NCBI GenBank assembly: GCA_964016885.1
Contig: OZ024740.1
Coordinates: 393,948,001-394,012,000, forward strand
Direction: 5' to 3'
Length of the DNA: 64,000 bases
DNA from: Eledone cirrhosa
Taxonomy: Eukaryota
The position numbers were made by a program, and so were the translations under genes. Every line of letters starts with the position of its first letter. The stretch's first letter is position 1. Shown here piece after piece: positions 13,145-28,025 of this stretch. Under the pieces are notes generated by a model that was not told the origin of the DNA, ran no database searches, and was given only the letters and a program-made list of their open reading frames with translations.

Positions 13145-13293
13145 AGGATCGCAACTCATTTCTACAGCTGAGTAAATTGGAGCAACGTGAAATAAAATGT
13201 CTTGCTGAAGGACACAACACATCACCCGGTCCGAGAATCGAACTCACAACCTTTCGATTGCAAGCCCAATTCTCTATCCACTAAGCCATACGC
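13145..13293 (-). mobile_element. Second tRNA-derived SINE family (5' part)
   Basis: Minus strand shows TGGCTTAGTGG A box and GTTCGATTC B box, followed by gtgtccttcagcaagacatttt. Confidence 0.75.
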
Positions 13294-13369
13294 ATTCACA
13301 AACATACACTAACATCAAACATTGACTTCCCACAACTTGTATGGAAAATTTATAACTCCTGAGATTATG

Positions 13370-13860
13370 GATGAGTTGATGTTTGACGTCGGTGACCATT
13401 TCGTTTTACGTCGAGAAATTGTGTTATCAGTAATAACTTATTAGTAAGTGGAATTGTCTCGATAATTCTATCAGGCTTTTTATTCATTACAGTTGAGAGA
13501 ACTTCTTCAATAACTGCTCGAAGGAGTGTTTCTCCTATGGTGTGGGACTTATCGGCCTTTGCAACAAGTAACTCAATCCTCCTGTTATCCTGCTGCGTAG
13601 GTGCTTTCTGAAAATCCGAGATCAACGTTTTTCGCTTTTCGAATGAAGTCCTAAGTTGTAAGAAATATGACAATGGGCTTTCCTTGTGGTTAGCAAGCTT
13701 AGAATATAAATGGTACTTTAAGCGTTAGAATATAAATGGTACTTAATGGGTTCGTTGCTTAAAGTTTGGAGACAGATAATTGACTGCTCTAAGGAGAAAC
13801 GACAAACCAATAAGAAAAATAATCAATGTTGTATTCACAATGTTTCTTAGATGGAGACAT
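13370..13860 (-). pseudogene. hAT (Buster/Charlie, ZBED5/SCAND3-like) transposase relic
   Basis: LLVAKADKSHTIGETLL...EEVLSTV...IIETIPLTN matches the IAK..KPHTIGE.L...IPLSN motif; upstream relic CLQTLSNE; frame broken. Confidence 0.8.
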
Positions 13861-15649
13861 TAAGGTACTTAAAAATCATACAATATACTAAGAAAATAGT
13901 AGGAACAATAGATACCAACATTTTCGTTCAACACGTTATATTTCTATTCGAAAGCCGTTTCCAATAATCCACAAATACGAGAACAGAAGAATGCTGCAAT
14001 CTCTTGGCGATCAATAATATCCAACAACTTAAAGTGATTGTCTGTTTATATGAAGATGCACATTGAGCTGTGAACTAGTCCCATCTTGGGATTCTCATAT
14101 CTTGTCTGGCATTGCTGTCTACGCCTCCTTGTCTACGGCATGTTGTCAGAGTTCTGAAAGGTCATCGCTCGTGTCAAATTTATGTTTGATCTCTCGGCAA
14201 GGTTACCCTCAGGTCACTTCTCAATTTTACTGGCACTAGCAAAGTTGTTCTTGGTCTTCCATTATCTGATTTGTATCTAAAACAAAATGTTATTTCGTTC
14301 AAAGAACTATTTGAATATTAATCACCCTTCTCAAACTATAGAAAATACCATTGTTTTGGGGGTTGTTTATATGTTATCTAGGAATGACCTAGTTATGCCC
14401 GTTCAGGCTCCTGTTTTATTATATAAGTTCTTTGCATATCTCCTTTGAATACTTTTTCTAGTAACATATGAAGAAATCCCTTCTTAACACTAAATATCCT
14501 ATACCACCAAAATCTCCAATCGCCAACAGTTGAAATCACACACGTTGGGAAACTCTATTTTAGAATAACCATTTATTATATTTCACTAAATACAAACTGT
14601 ATACTAAACGCCATATTGTTCTCAACAGAAATACCGGTTTTTATCTAATTGAGACATTTTATTGAAACTGGGTGATTCATAGAAAAAGGATATACAGGGA
14701 TTTGTTTTGTATTTGTTTTTCTAATTTCTTTTAGATGTTTCTCTTTTCTTGCTTCTTTCCGCCTCTTTTAGATACATTTGTTATAAGTACAAATGTGATT
14801 TCCCATACTCTGCTTTTAGCGGCTTTCACAATATGTTCCATAAACGACAGGAATACATACACATTCCTACAGCTCATAAATTTTTGCTACAAGGGAAAAT
14901 CTTTTGTGCAAGAGATAAGCTTATGATGGTGTAATAAAAGTGAACTATATTCAGTCTGCAATTTCATTGCATTAAACCCCAATTAGTACCACAGGATACA
15001 TATCGCACAATTACAGTTTCGCTGAATGAGACTGGTTATGTCAGTTATTTGTTGACTCAATTGGCAATCTTTACAAAAATGCAATAAGTGTTAATAATCT
15101 ATGAGACCGCAGAAAGAAATTGCTTCATATTTATTGTGAGAGGATGGCATAATAGAATCGGATGAACAACGGATAGAATACCTTGAGAAATTTCCTCTCA
15201 TCTTTCTGCATTCTGAGTTCAAATCCCGCTGATTCAAATCCAGTATTGTAAAGAGCAGTAGAATTGTAAATTTGATAAGTGGTTTGTTAACTTTCACGAA
15301 TGAGTATACATCCACATGTGTGTCAGAGGCATCAACGCCAGTATTCAGGTTAGTTAATTACCATCTTATCGATTAGAACGCTGGTTGTGTATTCAATGTT
15401 TCCGTGATGGGTTTTGAGTAGCAGACAATTCCAAGTAAATATCATAACACACAGGTATCCACTTGGCGTTGGATATCATCATTGGCTTCCAAAGTCTCGC
15501 GTCAATTATTGGCAAGTCTCCAGATTAAGTTGATAATTCTTGAACCTGTTGCTTTTATAGTCTTTTCACAGATTATATATGGATAATTAATTCTTCGTTC
15601 TGAATGTATTAAGTTTAATTTAGTTCGTTCACGCAATGTTTATAGTTTC

Positions 15650-15680
<31 letters not shown>

Positions 15681-15742
15681 TGTATGTATGTATGTATGTA
15701 TGTATGTATGTATGTATGTATGTATGTATGTATGTATGTATG
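15650..15742. repeat. (TATG)n microsatellite
   Basis: Direct inspection. Confidence 0.99.
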
Positions 15743-16120
15743 TCAGGTCACCAGTTGGTGCTACTGGTAACATGTATCCCAATACAACCGTCTCATGATC
15801 GGGTCGTTGGCGACTAAACTGGCAACCCCACCAAGGTTTCTTGGTGAGGAGGGTGACTTTGGACATACTGCAGGACTAAAAACAAAACCTGTCAAAGCCC
15901 AAGTAGCTCTTAAGAGTCAATGGCCATCCAAAATGACCGGGAGAGATGACCCCTTAGCCTTTGTCAAGGCAGAATTCTAGGAGAAGGAAAACTCTGATAT
16001 AACACCTGCAACCCTGATGGTATCCAATGATGTTGACTTGTTCTTCTTTTTGGTAAATATCATCTTGGTTAAGAGAGTGGGACTGGCTTTGTGCAGTGCC
16101 TTTGCTCACTATAAAAGCTT
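15743..16120 (+). mobile_element. 5' half of the bipartite RTE-derived element (longest 5' end in the window)
   Basis: 15938-16120 matches 17984-18166; the copy ends abruptly at aaaagctt. Confidence 0.8.
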
Positions 16121-17965
16121 TTCCATTAATGGATTGTACTTGAAATTTCCTAACTAGTTGTGTTCTTTCTGTTCCTGTGAAGCCTAGCTTCTCAAGATTT
16201 GTATTGAGGCAGTTACTAACATATCCTAGTGCCCCAATAATCACAGGCATAAATCTGAAGGTGTAATCATAGTGGAGTATCTGCAGATTTCTCATCAGGT
16301 CTGCATAAATATTCTCCTTTTCGCTAATCTTTGATATAATATTGACATCTGCTGGGCAGCTAATTTCCACTACTGTGCATGCTCTCTTCTCCCTGTCCTA
16401 TATCATAATATCTGGTCTATTATGCCTGCATTTTATTGGGGTTTTTACTTGAACATTCCACCAGTACTTTTTCATATTATGTACATGGATGTCTTCCACA
16501 TTGCTGTAGCTTTTAATGTGTTTATTATCGGGGCTATCCTTTTTACGAACTGCATTGTACAGGGTTTTGGCCACTACATCATGCCTCATAGGTAGATAGT
16601 ACCGCGATGACACCTTTGGACAGCTGCTGATGACATGGGTGATATCCTCTATGTTAGTTCTGCAGAGTCTGCATTTGTTTTGCCTGCATCCCTATCTCTT
16701 TTATGAATCAGGTATTTCGTGTTAATCTCCTGTTCTTGGATTGCAAAAGCGTATCCTTCAAAGTGGGAGCCAATATAGCGGTTGTTGGTCCAAGACAGGC
16801 TATTTCCTTATCTATATTACTCTCACTCTGGAGCTTCCTGGCAACATATCCATGCATGATTTTTTGCTGATAAGCATGCAGTTTTTCATCCATGGATTCA
16901 CTGTGATACTGCTGAGCAACTTCCCTGGGTGTAAGGTTTTGATTATCACACAGGGAATATCTCTCGAGGAGTTCCTTCCCAACTGTCATGATCTTATCTG
17001 TTTCATGCAGATAGACTTGCTCGAGAAACGGGCTCCTACGCTCCTATGTTGTCTGGACTGATGTTAGGTCTCTACCTCCCTGCTTACGTTTCAAGTAAAG
17101 GCGGTCTATGTCACTGTTCATGTGGAAGTTTCCGGTGTTGTTTAGTATTTTTTGATTATTATCATTATCGATAGTATTTTCCACAACAGACGAGGTAGAC
17201 TTGGATGGTACACGTGGTGTCAAATATCTTCGATTATTATTATTATTTCTTCGATTATTATTATTATCGATAGTGTTTTCCCCAGCATTCGAGGTAGACT
17301 TAGATGGTACATGTGGTGTCAAGTTTCTTACAGGCATAGTTGTTTCAAGGCACTGTTCAACCTGGCTGCTAGGAAGTCTAGTTACATGGAGACCTGTAGC
17401 ACGTGTTGTTGATAACATGTTCGTTGTGGGGACTTACAATTAATACTATTTATCTTATTTTTACGTTCAACAAACGTCGCTTGTTGGCGTAATTGTTTCG
17501 CTGTGAAATAATTTAGCTCTGGGTGCATTTCGTCCCAGTGTAGCTTCATTCTGTTCATATAGCCAATGGATGGATTGCTTTTTGCCATTTTATAACAATT
17601 AAATAAATCATTATTAAGTTCGCAACTCCAAGAGAAATGCGATTCATAATTTCGGTCTCTTCTGTAGCTACAACTGAATAAAGTTTGTTTACCTCTCTTG
17701 TTGTTTGTCTTCGATACTTCCTTAATTTTGTTGTTGATGTTGTGTTCAGCCATGCTGTTTGTAGCAAATCCTTGTAAAATGAATTATGTATTTAGTCGGA
17801 TGTCTCTACGAATTCGAATAAAAGGTGTCTTCAGAAGATATAGTTAGAAGAATAACCAGTTATTCAACGTGACTGTAGTTGTGGCATTACTATCGGAGAT
17901 AGTATTCATCTTAAATTTAATAAATAGTCTCCCACGCCAAAATATGCGACTGATCGCGTTGACTG
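16121..17965 (-). mobile_element. Internally deleted R4/Dong-like RLE retrotransposon
   Basis: N-terminal WSCELNNDLFNCY...GYMNRMKLHWDEMHP...QLRQQ is fused near 17152 to the RT thumb, then CCHC relic and RPDI...EISCP RLE; highly similar to 46624-49112. Confidence 0.85.
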
Positions 17966-17983
17966 TATATGTATATGCATCTC

Positions 17984-19013
<1,030 letters not shown>

Positions 19014-19082
19014 GTATGTATGTATGTATGTATGTATGTATGTATGTATGTATGTATGTATGTATGCATGTATGTATGTATG

Positions 19083-19750
19083 TTTTATAATTTCACAAAT
19101 GTTTGCCAATAGAGAGAGAGTCAGTTTCTAACATAGACACACGACTCTCTCATTGGAATTTACACAACTGTTACTGTGAAGCCTACCTTCTCAATATTTG
19201 TATTGAGGCAGTTACTAACATATCCCAGTGCCCCAATAATCACAGGCATAAATCTGAAGGTGTAATCAGGGTGGAGTATCTGCAGATTTCTCATCAGTTC
19301 TGCATAAATATTCTCCTTTTCACTAATCTTTGATATTATATTGGCATCTGCTGGGCAGCTAACTTCCACTACTGTGCATGCCGTCTTTTCCTTGAGCCAT
19401 ATCATAATATCTGGTCTGTTATGCCTGCATATTATTGGGGATTTTACTGGAACATTCCACCAGTACTCTTTCATATGTATATGTATGTCTTCCACATTGC
19501 TGTAGCTTTTAATGTGTTTATTATCGGGGCTATCTTTTCTACGGATTGCATTGTATAGTGTTTTGGCCACTACATCGTGCCTCATAGGTAGATAGTACCG
19601 CGATAACATCTTTGGACAGCTGCTGATGACGTGGGTGACATATTCGATGTTAATTCTGTAGAGTCTGCATTTGTTATCACATCTAGGTTTTTTACCTGCA
19701 TCCCTATCTCTTTTGTGAACCATGTATTTCGTGTTGATTTCCTGTTCTTC
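19083..19750 (-). mobile_element. 5'-truncated R4/Dong-like copy (CCHC, RLE, 3'UTR)
   Basis: ORF 19160-19723 contains CRLYR...HVISSC and RPDIMIW...EVSCP; its 3' end abuts (TATG)n at 19011-19082. Confidence 0.88.
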
Positions 19751-21079
19751 TATATTTCCTTCTCCCCCATCCCTTCCTAGTCCTTCCTAGTCCTTCCACC
19801 CCAGTCCTCCTTCTTTGTCGTCGTCCTTTTCACTTTCTCGCCCACCCGAGGCAGCTCCTCTGTCCTTTGTAGCCTCAGTACCCCCACCCCCATCCCCAAT
19901 TCTATGATAGAATTGGCCGACTCCGCTTTTTATAGCAGATGTGATAGACCCCGGTTACTTGCTTTCTTATCGGATGGCTGCCCCATTTCCGTGCTTTCTA
20001 CATTTCTTAGTGGTATCTTTGCTTTAATTTCTCGTATATCAGTATTTATTTTTTGGGGGGGGGGGGGGGGGGATTCTGAATTAATTTTCCGTATCAAATT
20101 TTTCATATACTTCGTACGAGCATTTATGTAGTTTGCACTAGAATTTTTGTATCGTAGCGGCACCCTTAGAGATAGTATTAGTATTCATTTTCGGGATTCT
20201 GAATTATTATTTCGTATTAGTTTATTTTTTGCACTGGGTGGTTGCTGGCCTTGTGCCTAGGGTAGAAACAATTATTTCGTATTAGTCTCGGGACTCTGAA
20301 TTATTATTTCGTGGTAGTTTCTTTAGTATTTTGGCCCCCCACTTGTTGTTCTGTCACCGTAAGATATACTCGGTTGATTACTACTAACTCTTAAAATGGT
20401 CTCATTATAATTCCGTCCCACCTAGTAAACTTTTCTATAGTTTAGCAGTACCAGTGAGAGACTTGATGACTGTCGTTAGGGAATAATAACCAGAAATTGT
20501 TTTTTTTTTAATACTTTTAACATTCTCGGTATTCTTCTATATATTTACCCCATATTGTTTTACTTATTGTTTCGACTTCCTCCGCCTCCCCCTCCCTAGT
20601 ATATTTGCTTGACCTCCTTCCCTACTGTAGTTGGCACTATCAACGCACGACTGGGTTTCCTCCACCCCCTCTCCCTCTTTCTTCTACTGGCAGGTTCAGC
20701 TACCCCTTCCTACCACAAATTGCCATGATAGAATTATGTGTCTCAACAACAAACTTTTGACCAATCCTTGTGACAATCACTTTTACCATATATGGAATTA
20801 CCCCCTGGGAAGCTCGGCTATTCATATACCAGGATAAAAATTTTCATTTAGTCCAGAATTAGCCGTCGAAACGTTCCTATATATATATATATATAAGAGA
20901 TATATTTTAACTTTAATTATATCTCATAAAATAATACAACTGGCTTTTCCACATAATACATATTGTTAGCACCCCAAACACTTAAATTGGGTTTATATTA
21001 AAATATAACCTAATGTTTGTTGAGTGAGATGGTTACCAGTCAGAGATTAGCTTTAAACTATCTCTGTTATTGTATTAAT

Positions 21080-21104
<25 letters not shown>

Positions 21105-21117
<13 letters not shown>

Positions 21118-21841
21118 GAGGATGTCTGTGTGTCAGTTTCCTTAAAACTCGAGAAGTACCCAACCGTTTTTTTTCAAACTTTATACATGTAACTCGTATG
21201 ACCCCGGAAGTATTTTGAGCAAAGACAATTTCAAATTTTCTCTTTCTCTTAGTCTTTCTCTTTTTAGTTAGATACATAGATATGACGTTGCGCCTTCATA
21301 ATATCTGTATGTATGCCTGACTGTCTGCATTAGGTCATTATGACGTGATCAGTGTGTGTGTGTGTATATATTCTTATGCCAGGGAACGTCTTCACGAACC
21401 AAAGTATCGTCTTCCTGTTTTCCAGATTGATTTTTTTAGTTTAAGAAGATCCCGTTAAGGTTGAAAGCAGCGATTCTTTGCTTAAACATTAATATGTTAT
21501 TTTAATATAGATATTCGTGTACAGATATTTTTGCATACACAAAAACAAAATATAAACAAACAAGGCCAAAGATTACATCAATTAGTCTTAGTGTATGTAC
21601 TGCATACTGCTTTTAGGTAGAATATCCCGTTAAGGGTGAAAGCAGTGATTCTTTGCTTAAACTTTAGTTTATTATTTTAATATATATATATAATTATATA
21701 TTTAGGGACAGATATTTTTGCATACACAATAACAAAATATAAACAAACGTATTTATTTCACGAGGTTCGATAAGGATAAATATATATCAAATATATAAGA
21801 ACCCTATAGCAAATCCCGAGCAACGCCGGGCCATTCTGCTA

Positions 21842-21842
<1 letters not shown>
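21105..21842 (+). mobile_element. Non-autonomous Helitron-like element
   Basis: 3' hairpin cccgagcaacgccggg (21815-21830) followed by CTAG-T (21839-21843); internal 175-bp tandem duplication; TA flanks. Confidence 0.65.
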
Positions 21843-21889
<47 letters not shown>

Positions 21890-22330
21890 GTTTCTCCTGC
21901 TTTCTTTCGCCCCCTCTGTCATGTCAGTTAACTCTTCCTCACACTTCCACTCACTCACTCACTGTTTCTCCTCTTCTCACTTCACACCGTTCGCGACGAA
22001 ATCATTTTCTCTCTCTCACATTTGAATTCGCTGCTGAAAGGTCTTTTTTCTAAGCGCTCATATATTCACCTAGCTTATGCTAACAGAATAAGTATGAAGC
22101 TTGTCTCCTTCGTTCTACGGTTAGCTATCCTCTTTGTTGTTATCTTGTCTCACTCGCTTTACGCGTTTTAATTGTCCTAATAACTTAATTTAGTTATTAT
22201 TGCACCGACGTGAGGTATATGATTATTAATGCAATGAAATATCTATGATCGTCGGCAAATCACTGATGAGGGACTTATTTTATTACATGTTATCCATGTG
22301 CAACCAGCAGTATTCTTCTCCCCATTTTTT

Positions 22331-22361
<31 letters not shown>

Positions 22362-22784
22362 CACATCATAATTGTTGATGACGTATACCTTCCGGTTTTT
22401 AGTTATGTATCTTTACATTCTGGGTTCAAACTCCGCCATGGTACATGTTTGTATAATTAATTGGTTGCTATATCGTTCAAAGCTGCTACTGGTTCTCTGG
22501 AACAAAACAATCCAATTTAAAAGGTATGTATTCAAATAAAAATCTTACAAAATAATTTGACAGGGGAATTCTTCTTCTTCATTAATTAATTCAAATAAAA
22601 TGTACTTCATTATAAATATAGTAATGAAAAGGAAAAGTGGATCAATGTAATTAATTATACTATACTCCTCCCATCAAATTGAGAGAAAAATTGCCATCAC
22701 ATTTACATAGGATTTGTTTTAAAGTCTTTTTCGCCGCTTTCATTACAGTCATTTCAAAATTGATATTTAAACAGTATTATTTTT

Positions 22785-22975
22785 ATGGTGGATTGGCAGT
22801 ATCGGTAAAGGATCGGACACCATGGTTTACAGCCAAGAGTTACGTCCCTTTATTGGCCTGAGTTAAAAATCGCCGAGGTTAATTTTATCTTTCATCCTTG
22901 CGGGGTCGATAAAATAAAGTACCAGTAATGTACTGGGATAATTGCTAGCTTTGTGCCAAAAGTAGAAACAATTAT
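22785..22975 (+). mobile_element. tRNA-derived SINE
   Basis: Family match. Confidence 0.88.
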
Positions 22976-23322
22976 TTTTATTGATAACTTATATTTATTA
23001 AGATTCTAAAATATAATTTTGTTTTAATGCAGAACAATTTTATTTTGAAAGTAACTATGCAAATCATTATCTTGAAATTAATGAAAAGAAAAAAAAAAGG
23101 TAGAATGATAATTAGTCAGGCTATGTGTCATTACCTCTTGAACACCAAGTTATAAAAGTATATTCCTAACGTTACCTGTCATATGATAGGTAACATTGTG
23201 ACAATATCGTTAAAAGTAGTTTGAGAAAGTAATAGTTTAATCCAGCTGGCATGACACACATCATATATCTATTGCAGGCGCATGTCCGATCGGACAACAG
23301 TATGTCTTCAACTCCTCGTTAA

Positions 23323-23388
<66 letters not shown>

Positions 23389-23615
23389 GAAATACATACA
23401 GTACACAAACACATACACACACACACACAGACATACACACACACATATATATATATATATATATCTATCATACACTATATACATATATATATACATATAT
23501 ATCATACACTATATACATATATATACATATATATATTTAGAAACATATGTATATTCATAAATACATACACATGTAGAGAAATTAATAAGTGTATGCAATT
23601 TGACACGTTAAAGCA

Positions 23616-24170
23616 GATGTGTATGTATGTCCTTATGTGTATGTGTATGTATGTCCTTATGTGTATGTGTATGTATGTCCTTATGTGTATGTGTATGTAT
23701 GTCCTTATGTGTATGTGTATGTATGTCCTTATGTGTATGTGTATGTATGTGCTTATGTGTATGTGTATGTATGTCCTTATGTGTATGGGTATGTATGTCC
23801 TTATGTGTATGTGTATGTATGTCCTTATGTGTATGGGTATGTATGCCCTTATGTGTATGTATATGTATGTCCTTATGTGTATGTATATGTATGTCCTTAT
23901 GTGTATGTGTATGTATGTCCTTATGTGTATGGGTATGTATGTCCTTATGTGTATGTGTATGTATGTCCTTATGTGTATGGGTATGTATGTCCTTATGTGT
24001 ATGTGTTAGTGTGTCTGCATGTGTGTGTGTATGTATGTCCTTATGTGTATGTGTTAGTGTGTCTGCATGTGTGTGTGTATGTATGTCCTTATGTGTATGT
24101 GTTAGTGTGTCTGCATGTGTGTGTGTATGTATGTCCTTATGTGTATGTGTTAGTGTGTCTGCATGTGTGT
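23616..24170. repeat. Minisatellite with an 18-bp unit (atgtgtatgtatgtcctt) switching to a 36-bp unit
   Basis: Direct inspection; explains the MCMYVL repeat ORFs. Confidence 0.95.
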
Positions 24171-24351
24171 TTGAACAAGGAAACAGAAAACGTGGGTTTA
24201 TAAGTCGTTGGGGGTTAAATAAATATATCAGATCATTAAGCCAAGAATACGCAGAGAAAAGGAAATAAGAGCATGGGTGGCTATATTAGTGCACGTGAGC
24301 TGCCATGTATGTATGTATGTATGTATGTATGTATGTATGTATGTATGTACT

Positions 24352-24403
<52 letters not shown>

Positions 24404-24419
24404 GAGTATATACATACAC

Positions 24420-24491
<72 letters not shown>

Positions 24492-27058
24492 ACATATATA
24501 CGTTCCTGTTTATTTGTGTTTATACATACACATTCGTATATACACACATATATATATATGAGGTTGTAAGTACTTCCTTTCGCAAGTGTCACACTTCTTC
24601 ACTCTGTTGGGAGGGTCGCATGAAATATCTACCTCCCACGTCTTTAGGGAATATAGCAAAAGATTTAAAACAAGAACTGCTTTATTTCCTTGGTGGGGGA
24701 ATATAGTTATCCGTGTGAGACACTATCAATTGAGTTTAGTGAAAATAATGCACACACAAACCCCAAAACATACATACACAAATGCACGCACATACACACA
24801 AAAATCTCTTCACACAGCGAATAATGACGGGTGGACACATAACAGATTTATATGCCATTCAACGTAGATAGATTGAAAGGGAGAAAAAAGAAATACTAAA
24901 TAAAATAAAATAGAGAATAAAATAAAATTGTAAATAAACCTAAATCTTAGGTTAAGCAAAATATTTGTGTGTGTGTGTGTTTGTGTGAGTGTATGCGTGT
25001 TTGTGAGTGCGTGTGTGTATGTTTGTGTGTATGGTCTTTGTCGTATTTTTCAGAAACTGAAGCCAAAGAATTTTCATATTAAAAATATATCTTTATTGTT
25101 TTGCCGTTTTTCTTAACTGATTATATTGTTGAATGTGTCAAAAAAATTGAACACTTGGTGGTCTAAATTTTTCAGAATCTGATAGTGGGCGGGGATTGAT
25201 TACAGAGGTTTCTCCATGAAAAGAGCAGACTGGGAGAAACTTTAGAGAAATATGCTTTGCAGTATTTGTCCCGGCTATCAGCGTTCTGAGATCAAATCTC
25301 AAACGACTTCAACTTTGCCTTTCTGCTTTTCTAGGTGGATAAATAAAGTACTAGTCTGCCGTTCTCCCCCTGTCTTGAAGAAATCTACTATATTCAAACC
25401 TGGAAAGTGTTGGGCATCTCAAGGTATAAATGCCAAGTCACGTCCTATGTCATTACGGAATCTCTAAAACTTCATTAGGAGTTGAAGGCCTATAGATTGA
25501 TCACATCTCGTTACTGCGCATTGCTGCAAAAAACATTTCACTTTTTAACCACAAACTCCCGCGTTCGCCCTCATTGCGTGTCACCTTGTGCAAGTGTTAT
25601 ATTATAGTCTTGGTACAACTCAACCAAGAGTTATCAATTTATTTTGTGCTTTATTTTTGTACAAAAGACTTGGATTCAAAATTTCAAGCTAATGAAATAC
25701 TCGTTACTTATTCGTTAGTCATTCCCCGTGGAGGTTGAGTAGCGCAGGGCGAGAACGAAACTCCCAAGTCAGTAGTGGTAGTATTGCATTTTAAAACCCG
25801 GTCGAAGGGAATTTTCACCATTTATTCTGTTAGTTCTCTCGAAAAAGAATATCATAAAAAATCCGATGCGAAAAAGCAATATTTTGTAAATCGCTTCGTT
25901 AGGAAGGAGGATACTGCTCATGTCTCTTTTCAGGGCTGCAGAGATCTAGTGCAAATGTTTTCAGCAAAGCGGTCTAAAGACATCCTTGAGCTAGTTATCA
26001 AATAGGTCAGGGCACTATTTGAACGTAGAATGCGAAGACACGGAATAAATACCACACACAGCGCGGAGCTTTTCCTAACATCTAGATGAAATAAGCCAAC
26101 GACGGTTTAGTCTATGAGCCATTCTAGGCCAAGTTCTCCAAAGGTTTCTCATAATTTACGTAAACATTTCTACTCCCATGGCGTCATATAATTTCAAAGA
26201 CTTAAGAGTAACTGTCGATATCATCCCGCGGTAGAGCACCGAGGAATATCAATTATATACCCAGTTTGGTCCGCAGGATATTTGCCAAAATCCTTAAAAT
26301 GTTCGTGAAAATCAAGAAAGACAAAGACCCCATAAACTTTAAACTGTACCTGGAAAATTCCTCCAAGAAATACTAGTTAAACCACAGACTTCCATAAATG
26401 TTTTGTCCAAAAGCTAATCTCCATTCGGCTAATTCATTTAAAGCTTGAGAATCTAGAAATACTGGCATGCATTAACATTTTACATCTTATGAAAGAGTAA
26501 ATCCTCAGACAACAACAGCAACAATAGAACTAGCAACCACAAACCCCAAACCTTCCCATTACTGCCTTATCAATTGAAAAGGGAGTCACAGGCATAGGAA
26601 CAAAGTCCTCATCAACGTTTTAAGTTCCACTTGAAGAGGAAGATGGGAGTAGAGAGGGAACATGTGCTCTCCAGTAAATTTGTTGGACGGTCTGTGAGAG
26701 TTAACCTTTACTTGTAGGTCAAAAATGCAGCCAGTAGAGGGTGCTTACTCTCTGGGGTTCCATTGGCAGTGGTTCTCTTCTTTAAGGTCTCTATTACATA
26801 TTTATGTACTATGTACTGTATATAGTTATTCTTTATTCATTTCGATTTTTTAGCCTGTCCTTGTAACCTGCCCTTGTGACAATAATAAATAATTATTATT
26901 ATCACAGCTGATTTTGTACTTTTCGTTGTTCTGGGAAATGTAAACGAGCAAATAAAAAATATATCAGTTAACCAATATCCCTAAAAAACAACTGCCAATT
27001 AAATACATAAATAAATCAATGAACAAATCAATCTCTCAATACATAAACATGAGTTACC

Positions 27059-27151
<93 letters not shown>

Positions 27152-27395
27152 ACATCATTGTGTTGTTCATTGATGTTTTACGTATTAATATGGAGCTCAG
27201 GCGGTTGAGGAACTCTCTAGTCAACGATAGCCTGCTTCTCTTTTCTTTATTAATTTTCTGTTCTCCATTTGCTGTTCATGACTCTCTATTAATATTTCTA
27301 TTATTATTAATGTATAATCGGCTTTCCCTACTCGTAAATTGTGGCCTTGTGCCAAAATCAGAAACTAAACTATTATTATTAATATTATTAATAAT

Positions 27396-27590
27396 AGGGT
27401 GGTGGATTGGCAGTATCGGTAGCGAGTATAACGCCATGCTTTGCAGCACAGTTACGTCCCTTTATGGTCTGAGTTCAAATCCCGCCGAGGTTAACTTTGC
27501 CTTTCATCCTTAAGGGGTCGATAAAATAAAGTACCAGTAATGTACTGGGGTAATTGCTTGCCTTGTGCCAAAAGTAGAAACAGTTATTAA
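27396..27590 (+). mobile_element. tRNA-derived SINE, full length
   Basis: A box tggcagtatcgg, B box gagttcaaatcc, tail gtagaaacagttatt. Confidence 0.9.
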
Positions 27591-27753
27591 TATTTCTTTC
27601 TAAGCTAGTTATGTGGTTTATTATTTTAGTTTGTTTCTTGTTCATACAAGGTCTGTCGTTTTTTTTTACTTAATTCCTTTTGTTAGTTGTTTTTTCCCGC
27701 CTTCTTACTAACTTGTTTCCGCTTGCTGCATTAGCTTGTGTATGTGTGTATGA

Positions 27754-27785
<32 letters not shown>

Positions 27786-27835
27786 GTATGAGAGAGAGAG
27801 AGATTAAAAATAACAAAAGCAAGTGATGATACTCC

Positions 27836-27886
27836 TCCCCTCCCCCTCCTCCTCCTCCTCCTCCTCTTCCTCCCACAACAACAGCA

Positions 27887-27926
<40 letters not shown>

Positions 27927-28025
27927 GTAGTAGTAGTAGTAGTAGTAACATGATCAACAACAACAACAACAATAATAATAATGATGATGATGATGATGAT
28001 GACGATGACGATGATAATAATAGTA
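27836..28025. repeat. Compound trinucleotide microsatellite (CCT, CTA, TAG, CAA, TAA, TGA)
   Basis: Direct inspection. Confidence 0.95.

Noticed and set aside
14735-14934. Exon after a polypyrimidine acceptor
   Set aside because: No matching donor and the translations are unrecognisable.
17920-17965. HDV-like ribozyme (ctcccacg) at the Dong 5' end
   Set aside because: Wrong strand for the element, and the nested P1/P2/P3 pairings could not be built.
25300-26900. Possible old L1/Tx1-like LINE relic
   Set aside because: Too degenerate to support by motifs without a search.
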